From the IMG/VR virus record IMGVR_UViG_3300037882_000860, positions 1 through 36,805 of that record: DNA of 36,805 nt; one strand, given 5' to 3'. The notes below the pieces were generated by a model that saw nothing but the letters and a program-made list of their open reading frames with translations, searched no databases and was not told the DNA's origin. Below, piece after piece: positions 21,971 through 31,807 of the stretch. How positions within the stretch are numbered: the first letter of the stretch is position 1; each line of letters begins with the position of its first letter. This stretch comes from a virus. Both the position numbers and the translations under genes were made by a program.

Positions 21971-23649
21971 TAGCCCCTCGTTAGGCAGATTCGGGCTGCT
22001 TCCCATGCGGATTGTAACTTATCAACGTCAACAGCTTCCATGGCGTCCATAAGGTCATCAAGTTCCTTGCTTGATATAATACCCTCGGCTTCCATTTTAT
22101 TCAACTCATCAACGTAAGCATTGGTTTTCTCTAGCTCGTCGATGTGCTTTTGCACCATCAAGGTTTCTTCGTAATCCTCAAGACGGCTGATTGCCATTGT
22201 GTCAATCGCGGTGTCGTTATTAGGGTCTAACTGCTGCTTAACGTGGTTGCCTATTGCCTTGGCGTTTTCTGTATCAAGACGGCGTGAATTGTTAGCTATA
22301 TCATCAATGTTGATTGGAAAATCTACTATATTTTCACCATCTTGTTGCCTTATCTTGGTTGGGAATGTCCACCCCTGAGCAATAAAATCATCGGGGCTTT
22401 TTGTGCCTAATTCGCCCCATCTAATAGTTGGCCTATCAACAGCATTGAGGGTAGTTGAGCGCATCACAACAGGTATATTGGCAACGCCTTTTTCCTTCAG
22501 GTACATTGCACGATGGCGCCCCTCGTGTCCCGTTACATAGGCAAAGCCATTGCCGTCATTCTCAAATGATATTTGCGGTATATCGCTAAACTTCTGCCCT
22601 GCATCACCGATTGATTTAACTCTTTCGGCTTTTGTTTTATCAATTCCACTTTTAGCTATTGAAAGAAATTCGTCAGGAGTAAGATAAACCAGAATATCTC
22701 TGCTTTTGCTGTTCTGGTTTTTAGCATTACCAAGTGCAGTATCGTCAAAGTATTTGTCTGATGTTAAATCAATCTTGTTTGCCCTTATCTGCTCCGCCAC
22801 CGGTTTCTTGCTTATCTCACCAGTATAGGCTTTCTCTACCGCGCCAACTTCAATTTTGCGGCCTGTAGCGAGTTGCTCGACTGCTAGGTCGTGTTCTGTC
22901 GTGATGACATCCATAGCTCTTACTTTATTAGGCGTGTCATTCCATTTGTTACGGATATAGCTAGGTGCAACTTCTAAGCCAGCGCCCAATAGCGTTGAGG
23001 TCGCTACGTTAAATAGCGAGTCCATCATAGTGTAGTCTTCTTGTAGTATACTTGCGGAATATCTGTTTGATGGTTCTGTAATAGCCGCCGCAACCAAGCC
23101 CTCGGTCGCTCCGAGTCCAGCCTTTGCTGAATAGGTAGCATTTGCCCTGCGTGCGTTTAAGAGATTCCTAACCCTACCAGCTTTAGGAGCAATAGCCCCT
23201 AACATAGGCATACCAACCAGTGACGTTGCTAAACCAGCTATTAGATTCTTTTGCTCTGCCGTACCAAGTATAAGTGAGGCACCAAGCCCAAGCGCATATT
23301 GTGCACCCGAAGCTTTTGCGATTAGTTCCTGCCTCGCCCTTGATTGGTCTATGTTCTTAGCCGCTAAAGCTGCGCCTTCTTCTGTAAGTTCTGCATAATG
23401 GGGAAAATCTGTACGGTAGCTCGGTGAGTTTTTGTAAGTTTCAAGGTCTATTCTTTTGCCTGTCTTATTCGCGGCCTCGATACTATTAGCCACACTATCA
23501 GCATTGGCCGTTCCAACACCATTAAAGGCATCGGAAACCATAGCATCAACAACAGCACCGGTTTTAGGTTCATACAACCTATCAAACTGCGTATCTGGCA
23601 AATACGGCATTTGTTCATAGCTTCTGGCAGGGCGTGCTATTAATGTCAT
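21970..23649 (-). CDS. internal virion protein carrying a ParB/Srx-like domain
   Basis: Position between the other internal virion proteins. Residues ~318-398: ILVYLTPDEF...YVTGHEGRHRAMYLKEKGVANIPVVM. Confidence 0.55.
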   Translation of the reverse strand: MTLIARPARSYEQMPYLPDTQFDRLYEPKTGAVVDAMVSDAFNGVGTANADSVANSIEAANKTGKRIDLETYKNSPSYRTDFPHYAELTEEGAALAAKNIDQSRARQELIAKASGAQYALGLGASLILGTAEQKNLIAGLATSLVGMPMLGAIAPKAGRVRNLLNARRANATYSAKAGLGATEGLVAAAITEPSNRYSASILQEDYTMMDSLFNVATSTLLGAGLEVAPSYIRNKWNDTPNKVRAMDVITTEHDLAVEQLATGRKIEVGAVEKAYTGEISKKPVAEQIRANKIDLTSDKYFDDTALGNAKNQNSKSRDILVYLTPDEFLSIAKSGIDKTKAERVKSIGDAGQKFSDIPQISFENDGNGFAYVTGHEGRHRAMYLKEKGVANIPVVMRSTTLNAVDRPTIRWGELGTKSPDDFIAQGWTFPTKIRQQDGENIVDFPINIDDIANNSRRLDTENAKAIGNHVKQQLDPNNDTAIDTMAISRLEDYEETLMVQKHIDELEKTNAYVDELNKMEAEGIISSKELDDLMDAMEAVDVDKLQSAWEAARICLTRG

Positions 23650-25886
23650 TTAGCCGCCTTTTCTACATAGCCAACAGGCTTTTTCATTTTTTCAACCAAT
23701 GCTTTTCTCTCTTTGGCTTGTTCTATTTCTTTAACATCAATGCCAAACAACTCGCGTCTAGCGGCCTCACGCTGCATGTATGGCAAGCCTTCTAGTTGCG
23801 CGCGTTTTTCGTCAAGCGTTTGCATCTGTTTCAAATCTGTGATTGTAACGCTCAATGGGCTGTCACCAACTTTAATCCCCTCGCCAGTGGCATCAACAAA
23901 GTAATACGTTTCGTTATCATCTGCCAAAACAGGAATCATATTGTTTGCAAGCTCGTATTGTTTAGTTGGCTCTGCAACGGCCTTTCTAACCTCATAACGA
24001 TAAAACTCGTTCATGCTCTGCTCTAACGCCTCTGCGTTTGAAGTAGATGGAATCTTGAATTTATAGGCATTTACTTTGCCTATTTTATACCCATCGGTAT
24101 AGGGAGCCATTCCCGCCTGTATCGCGTCATCTACCGAGGCGGAAGGGTTATTGAACATATACACCTTGGCAAATTTCGTAAGCATTGCTTGCTTATTCAG
24201 TTGATATGGAGCTAAGTTGTTTTTTGTAAGTTCAAACGCCTCTATATCGGTGAAATCGTCATTTAGGTATGCTTTAGCAACATTTGCAGAAATATCGGTT
24301 GGGTCTTTACCGATATTTTTAAGCCCTAGATTTATCTCTTCGTCATTAATCTTTGACGCCGCGTGCAGGGTTTGAATCTGCTTTTGGTAACCAACGGGGT
24401 CTTTAGCAATTAGCCTAAGTGCTGCTGTTAGTTCGGATGGGGCTTTTGCCTTTTCTAAATCACCAATGGCATTTTCCATATGTTTTGGGAATTGCTGCTG
24501 GAGCGCAAGCCCCATTTCCGTAAACACTTTAGGGTCTTCGGCTTGAGAGAGTTGAGTTGCTAGTGTTTGGGCTTGTTCGTTTGCTAGTACCGGCACAAAT
24601 CTACTACCACCCGCTTCTGCAACCGCTTCGTCAGCGGTCTTTCCATTAAACTGCGCCCATGCAGCATAGTCTTTCTGTTTTAACTGCTGCTCGCGTTCAA
24701 TCGACTGCTGAACACCCCTTTCTAGGGTTGCTTTCATATCCGGGTCTAACAGGTCGGCGTTTTCACCAAGCGCTATTGGCGTTAAAGCTCGAAGGCGGTT
24801 TGCCCAGCTTATTCTTTCCTGCGGCGTTCCTTTTGTGGTTCTGTATCTATCTTCCCGCATTTCTAGGATTTGCGAGGGCGTTGCGCCTTTGTTAATCTCA
24901 TTTATTAATTGTTTGGCATACCCTTCGCCCTGATTAACTGCGGCATCAAACACTATAGCTTGATAACGCGCAGGCAGGGAATCAATTCCTACATCTTCCC
25001 AATACTTCTTTTTGTAGGTTGCAATGGCGATATTCGATGCCCCTTGAATATCACCCTTAGCTACTAAATCCTGTATTTGTGCAAAGGCTACTGGGTTAGC
25101 TTCGCTATTAATTCCGCGCCAAGCGTAAGTCATTTGACCAGTTTCTTGACTTATTCCATCCGGGTTAGGAACGATTTGGTCAGCACCCTCAAACCCTTTA
25201 ATTATTGGCAAGTTCGCCTCAAACCCCACCGGAGGATTTAACGCCATCATCTGCCCTTTAGCGCTCAAGGCTTTAATTGGTGAGGCTATTGCCTCACTAC
25301 CCATGGCAACCCTTTGTGCTGGGCTAAACATCGGCATTCCCTCTTGGTCTGTTAAATCAGCCACGCCCTGAGCGTCCTTAAGAGAGCTTTGCATCATATC
25401 AGAAGCAGCTTGCCTAGCCTCTGGCGTTTGGGCTGTTTCGTAGAGCCTTGTTGCCGTTTGTAGGTTATTCGTAATAGCTGAGAAGTTTCTCATTCCCTCA
25501 ACTTGCGTGTCAGCCCTTAACTTATCGTTGTATTTATTAGAGGCCATGTCAACGTGGCCGATAGATTCTAAACGGTAAAGCTGCTCAAACTCTGATTGAA
25601 GATTGCCGGGTAGGTTTGGGATAAATTCTTTTTTGAATCCCTCTAGATTTGCTTGTAACGCCGCTGGGTCTGAGCTGTTTTCCCGTGAGATTCTGTGCAT
25701 GTTCTCGCGCATGGTAGCCTGAGCGCGAAGCCTCTCAACCTTTTCAGCTTGCTGATTCATACCCTGAGCAAACGCACCAAGTTCAGCGGAAGCGCTTTGT
25801 AATTGCCTTGCCCCAGCCGTGGAATATTGCACCATAGGCATGGCGTTCATTTGAAAACGAGATTCGTATCTAGGTATCTCTGTCAT
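23646..25886 (-). CDS. internal virion protein with GH108-like muramidase domain
   Basis: IIKGFEG...YKKKYWEDVGIDSLPARYQAIVFDAAVNQGEGYAKQLI resembles Glyco_hydro_108. Position equivalent to the T7 gp15/16 region. Confidence 0.6.
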   Translation of the reverse strand: MTEIPRYESRFQMNAMPMVQYSTAGARQLQSASAELGAFAQGMNQQAEKVERLRAQATMRENMHRISRENSSDPAALQANLEGFKKEFIPNLPGNLQSEFEQLYRLESIGHVDMASNKYNDKLRADTQVEGMRNFSAITNNLQTATRLYETAQTPEARQAASDMMQSSLKDAQGVADLTDQEGMPMFSPAQRVAMGSEAIASPIKALSAKGQMMALNPPVGFEANLPIIKGFEGADQIVPNPDGISQETGQMTYAWRGINSEANPVAFAQIQDLVAKGDIQGASNIAIATYKKKYWEDVGIDSLPARYQAIVFDAAVNQGEGYAKQLINEINKGATPSQILEMREDRYRTTKGTPQERISWANRLRALTPIALGENADLLDPDMKATLERGVQQSIEREQQLKQKDYAAWAQFNGKTADEAVAEAGGSRFVPVLANEQAQTLATQLSQAEDPKVFTEMGLALQQQFPKHMENAIGDLEKAKAPSELTAALRLIAKDPVGYQKQIQTLHAASKINDEEINLGLKNIGKDPTDISANVAKAYLNDDFTDIEAFELTKNNLAPYQLNKQAMLTKFAKVYMFNNPSASVDDAIQAGMAPYTDGYKIGKVNAYKFKIPSTSNAEALEQSMNEFYRYEVRKAVAEPTKQYELANNMIPVLADDNETYYFVDATGEGIKVGDSPLSVTITDLKQMQTLDEKRAQLEGLPYMQREAARRELFGIDVKEIEQAKERKALVEKMKKPVGYVEKAAK

Positions 25887-26377
25887 AGGATTGTACCGCC
25901 GATTGTTTTAAGACCACCCATATATCCGCCCATCTTAGCTGCTTTACCTTCTATTCTCGCCTGAGCACCTTGAGAGCGTAAAGCAAATGCGCTTTGGCCA
26001 GCGTTAAACCGAGCGGTATCAATATCTCTAGAAGCGGCGTTAGAACTCTCCGCTGATAATATGCGAGGCGTACCTGAGTTAAGAGAAATACCCCTAGCAC
26101 CAAAGATAGCGCGTTGTGAGGCTAGAGAGGATTGAAGGCTTCTGCGGATATTGTCAGCTTGTTCTCTACCCCGTAACTCTTCTTGTTTGGCCGCTAATTC
26201 GTACTGTTGAGCCTGAGCCTTAGCTATAGCCGCCTGTTGTCCCCCGCCAGAGATTTGCCCAAACACCGATGCGGCAGTTGATACGCCGGATAGGATAGAG
26301 CCAACCGTCCCAACGGTTGCTAATGTTGCAGCGTTAGCGCCAAACGCTGTGAATACTGGTACTAAAGCCGCTGCCAT
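25883..26377 (-). CDS. small internal virion protein (gp13/14-position)
   Basis: Ala/Gly/Gln-rich 164-aa protein directly after tail tubular protein B. Confidence 0.4.
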   Translation of the reverse strand: MAAALVPVFTAFGANAATLATVGTVGSILSGVSTAASVFGQISGGGQQAAIAKAQAQQYELAAKQEELRGREQADNIRRSLQSSLASQRAIFGARGISLNSGTPRILSAESSNAASRDIDTARFNAGQSAFALRSQGAQARIEGKAAKMGGYMGGLKTIGGTIL

Positions 26378-28777
26378 CTAAACCCCCACTATACTACCAG
26401 AACCGCGAGTTCTGGTAGATTCCATTAATACATTTTTTGACATTTCCAACACAGCCAACCCACCCGGCTCATCCTGCGTTATTGTTATTTGTCCATTGTA
26501 ATCCCACCCACGAAACCCGAATAGCTTTTTAATTCCAGTGTAAACCGGTGGAGCGGTGTCTAAGGGTGAACCACCACCAGAGGCACCAAACCCCCTAAAA
26601 CTTAACGTTCTACCGTTCACTTTAATTGACGAGGTAGTGTAAAGCCTGAGTGTGATTGACGCAATATTTAGAAGCCTTCCGATAATCGTTTTCATCTCAG
26701 GAAAGGCACACGGAAGGTCAACCACTAAAGGCTGGAACCACAATCCTATTTCACACGAGTCATCTGCATCACGTGCGATAGTAGCGCTACCACCAGTAGG
26801 AGTTACGTTTGCCAATACCGAACCATCAGCGAAGACTCGGCATTCTTCACCATTCAAGTGAGAAAGCCCTGTGAAGGTATCGGTAGGAAGCCCGGTCGTT
26901 ATTCTCACACTCGCGTCTAAATAATGCTCTTCGTTTAGGCGTTCTAGATAAACCCTTGAGTTGCGAGTAACACCGAAATAAAGGTCGTTATAATCAGCAC
27001 CACAGGCAATAAACTCACCATCCGTTGTTTGGCTGGTAAACGCACCAATCCCCTGTGAGCGCTGGATAGTAGCGATAGCAGCTAGTCCACCCTCTCTAAC
27101 GATAGCCATCAACGCGCCATCATCTAATGAGGTCGCACGTCTCACGCAGAAATCCAAGGGGTCTTTAACTAAATGCCCACTGAGTAATGAGATTAGGTTA
27201 TTTCCATACGCTTGTTCTGTGTCGATAAAGATGAACTCTTGAACGGATTGCCCACCATTTTGGATGTAAAATACACCACCCTCGATATCCGTAACACGTA
27301 ATCCACGTTGAGAACCCACACGGGTTTGCCTTAAGGTGGAGATATTGCCCGGTGTGATTGGCTCGTTTAAACTACTAGGAATGATAAACTCAGCCCCCGT
27401 GGTAAACACCATTAAGTTACGGCCTGAGTAGATATTTGTGATTCTATTCAACTGGTCGGTGTCCAGTGTCGCCTCAATGCCATCATCATCAAGCTGAGAG
27501 CCTAGAGCGAAGTCATAGAATATCCCAACCCTAGAACCCCAGATTGTCGTTGGGCGGGATTTACTTCCGCCAATCCACAATCTTCCAGAGTGGAAAGTAC
27601 CAGATATAGGCCAGCCACGTGATACACTCCACGCAGGCTCGTACCCTGTAACATATTCCCAATCAACAGCGGGAATAGCGTCGGTGTTATAAAAGGGTAT
27701 CTCTATGTAAACATTCACAACCGTGGCGGATTTAAGCGAGAGGATTCTTGCAACACCACCATTGCCCTCGCAGTATTGCCCGATTGAAGCAGCGGTAAAC
27801 GTCCCAGAGCTTACGGTTAAAGTGGTTGTTCCACTTGTAGCTGCGGGAGTAAGAGTGCCAAACCCCGCCGCCGCACCAGTCTGAACCGTCTCTGTAAAGG
27901 CGTGATACGGTATGTAATCAAAGGAAAGGTCGGAAACACTCCAGTAATCATCAGCACCTTGTCTTTGTACAATCTGCGGATTAATGTCCTCGTGGAAGAT
28001 AATCAAAGTATCAGCCGATTGCGCCCAGTTTATATCTGCCAACATCGAGCTAGTTATATTCGTGGCTGGAACGTCAACCTGAAACACGCCATCTCTATAT
28101 ATAGCTATGTTTCTGTCAGTGAAACACAACATATAGGATTGGTCAGAGTTAAACTCGAAATTTACTAATCGAAGCGCAGAGTTAGCTGCTTGGGTGTAAA
28201 CGTTCATATCACGAATACTTACCTTGTTAGTGCTTAAATCTGTTGCCCCAATACGAACCAAGCGGACATAGCGATAGTTCGCCTCTACTCTACGAGAGTA
28301 GTGCTTTTCCGTCGTTGTTAAAGTAAGCGCCGTACCCATCGTTGTCCACGTTGAGGCGTTATTAGAGCACTGAATGTAAAACTCTGATGACGTGCCACTT
28401 ACTGTAAGCTTCAAACCCTGAAGGTGAACAACGGCAATATCCTGAGCACTTCCTAAGTCATACTGAGCAACCACATAGGGATTGGTCGTGCTAATGTTAT
28501 TCGTCGTTACAGAGGTTGTAGAATAAGTGCGGTCGTTAATGTTGCCGCTCGTGCCACCGTTTGAGAGTGTAATGGTTGGCGAAGAAACAAAGGTAAGGAC
28601 GCGCAGCATCTCATCAATATGTTCTAGCCCGCCCCTGCGCTTAAACCCACCCTGAGGCATTGAAATAACGTTCTGCATCGTCTGTGCCGCGCTGAAATAT
28701 TGGTCAAGGTCGCTCCTGCCCAGCATCTTTGGGTCAAGCTCACCTTGAGAAAAGCGGTTCTGTATCGTCTTTGGCAT
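26378..28777 (-). CDS. tail tubular protein B (nozzle), 799 aa
   Basis: Size (T7 gp12 is ~794 aa) and position after tubular protein A. Beta-rich sequence. Confidence 0.7.
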   Translation of the reverse strand: MPKTIQNRFSQGELDPKMLGRSDLDQYFSAAQTMQNVISMPQGGFKRRGGLEHIDEMLRVLTFVSSPTITLSNGGTSGNINDRTYSTTSVTTNNISTTNPYVVAQYDLGSAQDIAVVHLQGLKLTVSGTSSEFYIQCSNNASTWTTMGTALTLTTTEKHYSRRVEANYRYVRLVRIGATDLSTNKVSIRDMNVYTQAANSALRLVNFEFNSDQSYMLCFTDRNIAIYRDGVFQVDVPATNITSSMLADINWAQSADTLIIFHEDINPQIVQRQGADDYWSVSDLSFDYIPYHAFTETVQTGAAAGFGTLTPAATSGTTTLTVSSGTFTAASIGQYCEGNGGVARILSLKSATVVNVYIEIPFYNTDAIPAVDWEYVTGYEPAWSVSRGWPISGTFHSGRLWIGGSKSRPTTIWGSRVGIFYDFALGSQLDDDGIEATLDTDQLNRITNIYSGRNLMVFTTGAEFIIPSSLNEPITPGNISTLRQTRVGSQRGLRVTDIEGGVFYIQNGGQSVQEFIFIDTEQAYGNNLISLLSGHLVKDPLDFCVRRATSLDDGALMAIVREGGLAAIATIQRSQGIGAFTSQTTDGEFIACGADYNDLYFGVTRNSRVYLERLNEEHYLDASVRITTGLPTDTFTGLSHLNGEECRVFADGSVLANVTPTGGSATIARDADDSCEIGLWFQPLVVDLPCAFPEMKTIIGRLLNIASITLRLYTTSSIKVNGRTLSFRGFGASGGGSPLDTAPPVYTGIKKLFGFRGWDYNGQITITQDEPGGLAVLEMSKNVLMESTRTRGSGSIVGV

Positions 28778-29391
28778 TAAGAAAACCTTGCGTCAATCAA
28801 CGGTGATGAAACAATAAATTCATTTCTCTTTTGTTTTGATTCCATAGAGGTAGCAACCCCAAACAACCCACCCTTACGGTTGGAATTACCAGAACCATAA
28901 GCCATGGTTTCATACATACTTGAAAGGTCAGCGTTACCAGTTACAGGAACCGCCAGAACCGAGGCTAGAGAATAGACAGCGAATTGCTCAAAGTATGGCG
29001 GCCAAACAGATTCATCTGCTCTAAAAACATAGTCACCATACAAGGTTGAGTAATTGCTAAAGATACGTCTAGCGGTATCAGTGCCGTAAATATCATAATC
29101 ATTTACCGGTGTAGCGCCCACCTGATTGCTATCAAAGAGCGCCCACAACAAAAGTGTTTCAGCAGGTAAGATGTGAGAGTAGGTATACTCGTTAATAGGC
29201 GCTGTGCTGTCTTGTGAAAACATCCGCTTCTTTGTCGCGAACGTCCAAGGGTAAATAGACAAAAGCCCCTGTATGTGAGGCTCGTATAATGTGTTTACAA
29301 TTTCGCCTTCGCCCTCTTCTGAGAAAGAGCTGATAGTATTGGCACGTAGCAATATAAGTGCCTGCGAAGCGACTGATTCCCGCGTTGCCAT
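28777..29391 (-). CDS. tail tubular protein A / head-tail adaptor (gp11-like)
   Basis: N-terminus VASQALILLRANTISSF...LYEPHIQGLLSIYPWTFA parallels T7 gp11 (VNDILASIGEPPVSTL...ILNKINRQIQSRGWTF). 204 aa. Confidence 0.7.
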   Translation of the reverse strand: MATRESVASQALILLRANTISSFSEEGEGEIVNTLYEPHIQGLLSIYPWTFATKKRMFSQDSTAPINEYTYSHILPAETLLLWALFDSNQVGATPVNDYDIYGTDTARRIFSNYSTLYGDYVFRADESVWPPYFEQFAVYSLASVLAVPVTGNADLSSMYETMAYGSGNSNRKGGLFGVATSMESKQKRNEFIVSSPLIDARFS

Positions 29392-29443
29392 ATGCCCTCA
29401 AGAAGTTAGGGGGTGAGCCTAAACCCACCCCCGTTATTGTACG

Positions 29444-29743
29444 CTAATCTGTGTCAGTCACTGTCAGCGCCAGAACATCCGTAACGTCAACAACACCAGA
29501 AGCGTTACTGTTTACAATGTGGAACCCAGCGGTTGAGATAGTGCCGCCCGTACCAATGGCCGTAGACCATGTGGTGCGGAGGATAATATCACCTACAGAA
29601 AGGAGTTTAGACGCGCTGTTGAAGTATGCTGCGGTGTCAACCGTTGCAACTGCATCAAGCGTGTAATAGCTCCAAATTGTTAGGCCAGAACCCTTCTTAG
29701 ATTGCTCCGTGATGGGTACTAAATATGTGATATCAAAAGCCAT
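29444..29743 (-). CDS. 99-aa beta-rich protein after the capsid gene (possible decoration/cement protein)
   Basis: Position and composition only. Confidence 0.35.
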   Translation of the reverse strand: MAFDITYLVPITEQSKKGSGLTIWSYYTLDAVATVDTAAYFNSASKLLSVGDIILRTTWSTAIGTGGTISTAGFHIVNSNASGVVDVTDVLALTVTDTD

Positions 29744-29761
29744 AAAATGATTCTCCTATGA

Positions 29762-30607
29762 TTAAGCTTCGTAGCACAGAACGTCGATAACGCCGTCGGT
29801 GTCGATGGTTACTGCGCCAGCAGCGAAAGAAGAGCTGATAAGCCAAGATTTCTTCTCAGGAATCCAATCAACGTTGGTTTTAATACCACCGTTCATTGCA
29901 AGGCCTACAGCGTCTTGGTGCCAAGCAAAGCAGTTGCGTTGGTTTGCCGTAGCAAGTGGAAGGCCACCCTCTGCCGTACGGGTTTCAATCATGATGATTT
30001 TGAAGCCCATGAAGGTATTCAGAGTGCCACTAACAAGTGCTTGCACTTGGTTGTAGTCAGAAGAACCAACTTCGGTTTCACGAAGAGCCGCCATCAAAGC
30101 ATCAGCGGTAACTGCGAGGTAACGACCTTGCTCAGGAACACCGTTAGCATTCAAGAGAGCGGAAGCTTTCGTGAATTTCTCGATGTTGAGAGAGGTGTTC
30201 GCGCCACCTTCCGTGATTGCCACTTGAGTAGCAAATGCAGAAGCTGCCATTGCGTCAATCACAACTTGGTCAAGGCCACGGCCAACAGCGTTAGAAGAAA
30301 CCTTAACAAGCTCCATTTTCTCATCGAAGCTGATTTTATCCAAATCTTCAACGTATGAGTAATCAGAAGCATCGTAGTCGAGAATCGTGCATGTCGCCGC
30401 CGTGTGGGTTGCGTTCATTGGGGTCACGTTCGCACCGGGAATGCGGAGAGAAGCAACACCCTTGCCGAGTTTAGGGAAAGAAACGGTTCTCGCCATCGCG
30501 TTGTTGCGGGTGCGTACGGTTCCCATCAGTTTGGTTGAACCCTGATAAGCGTGCTTAACGAGGGATTCGAATTCAGTGCGGAACTGCACTGATGCAGTCG
30601 TTGTCAT
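29762..30607 (-). CDS. major capsid protein (HK97-fold, podovirus GP7/P22-coat-like family)
   Basis: 281 aa after the scaffold gene. FRTEFESLVKHAYQGSTKLMGTVRTR...FPKLGKG... pattern typical of this family. Confidence 0.75.
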   Translation of the reverse strand: MTTTASVQFRTEFESLVKHAYQGSTKLMGTVRTRNNAMARTVSFPKLGKGVASLRIPGANVTPMNATHTAATCTILDYDASDYSYVEDLDKISFDEKMELVKVSSNAVGRGLDQVVIDAMAASAFATQVAITEGGANTSLNIEKFTKASALLNANGVPEQGRYLAVTADALMAALRETEVGSSDYNQVQALVSGTLNTFMGFKIIMIETRTAEGGLPLATANQRNCFAWHQDAVGLAMNGGIKTNVDWIPEKKSWLISSSFAAGAVTIDTDGVIDVLCYEA

Positions 30608-30710
30608 AAAAGCTCCATAAGGTTAATGTTTGAGAACAAAAACGAGAGGGCCTTTTATGCTCGGCTGCATCAGCAGGGGGGCGAACCATCAAGGGTCGTT
30701 ATTAACGTGC

Positions 30711-30738
30711 AATATACCACATATAGTGGTTAATGCAA
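30711..30738 (-). promoter_or_regulatory. sigma70-like promoter upstream of the major capsid gene
   Basis: Minus strand TTGCAT-N16-TATATT (complement of 30733-38 and 30711-16), about 100 nt upstream of the capsid ATG. Confidence 0.45.
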
Positions 30739-30746
30739 TAGAAAAA

Positions 30747-31514
30747 TCAAAGTTTAGTTAGCATGGCTGCATACTTGTTATATTCTGCCTCGTTTTTATC
30801 CATTGCCGCCTTAACCATTTTAGCTTCAATATCACTTTTACTTGAATCGCTGGATACAGGAAGATTAACTGGAACGCCTGAAGGTTGAATCATTGAGCGC
30901 AGCTTGTTCATTACCTTGAGCGTATCGGCATTAAACACCATGCTTTGCGCTGCCGCTGATTCTGAATCTGAAAGCTTACCCTCTGCTGCCATAGTCTCAA
31001 TAAAGCCCTTTACAGCCGCAACCATTGTCCGTCCACCGGCCCCAAGCTTAGCAATCTCTTCTTCCTTGGCCGCTGCGATTTCCTCTGGTGTGGCCTCTTT
31101 TGTTGCCTCTTGCTGCATGGCGATGACCTCTTCAATCATTGGCTGCATGAATTTAGCAAACGCCTCTTTAGGAAGACCAGCCTCTTTCGCAACCTCTCTA
31201 GCACGCATGATTAGCCTATCATCATCAGGAATTAAGCCCTTAACCTCTTCCTTGAGTTCTAGGGTGTATTCCTTAATATCCTCTGGAGCCTTGCCTTCAA
31301 ACTCGCCCTTAGAAAGCTTTACCCTCAAACCTTCCGCACGCTTCTTCTCACTCTCATAGCTTTGAAAGAGCCGGTTGACATCTGGCTGATTCGCCTCTGG
31401 GTTCCAGAAGTCATCAGGGAAATTATCAGGCTTGCCACTGGCAAAGTCTAAAGATGGTGAGGTTGTGCCAACTAACAGGCTATCAGCGGCAGGTTGTACG
31501 GCTTCTTCGGTCAT
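30747..31514 (-). CDS. scaffolding protein
   Basis: Acidic, Ala/Glu/Lys-rich helical 255-aa protein between the portal region and the capsid gene. Confidence 0.6.
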   Translation of the reverse strand: MTEEAVQPAADSLLVGTTSPSLDFASGKPDNFPDDFWNPEANQPDVNRLFQSYESEKKRAEGLRVKLSKGEFEGKAPEDIKEYTLELKEEVKGLIPDDDRLIMRAREVAKEAGLPKEAFAKFMQPMIEEVIAMQQEATKEATPEEIAAAKEEEIAKLGAGGRTMVAAVKGFIETMAAEGKLSDSESAAAQSMVFNADTLKVMNKLRSMIQPSGVPVNLPVSSDSSKSDIEAKMVKAAMDKNEAEYNKYAAMLTKL

Positions 31515-31807
31515 TTGGTTGTCTCCTTATAGGTTCTGGCGTTTTCCATCTTTGCCTTAAGCTGCCTTACGAGAGAGTTTTGCCCCTCACGAAAGAAGCC
31601 TGAGGCGATGGATTTGTCGTAATCACCCTGCGGCCACCACGTGGGTGAGTCTAGAGTATGCTTGGCAAGCCAATCCATCACCAACTTACCAGAAGGGGTG
31701 CTGAACGCTTTGAGAAAGTGGATGTCTTCTTCATACCGCTTAGCACGCATCGCCTCGATGTGCTCGGTGCTAGGCTCGTCCAGATTCCATTGAAGCTGAT
31801 TAATCAT
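31511..31807 (-). CDS. 98-aa conserved head-module protein (Bbp19-like?)
   Basis: Position, and the ...GKLVMDWL...FREGQNSLVRQLKAKME pattern recalled from the Bbp19-like family. Low certainty. Confidence 0.35.
   Translation of the reverse strand: MINQLQWNLDEPSTEHIEAMRAKRYEEDIHFLKAFSTPSGKLVMDWLAKHTLDSPTWWPQGDYDKSIASGFFREGQNSLVRQLKAKMENARTYKETTK

Noticed and set aside
30904-31359. 151-aa Ser/Ala-rich plus-strand ORF
   Set aside because: Complement of the Ala/Glu/Lys-rich scaffold gene; a low-complexity mirror ORF.
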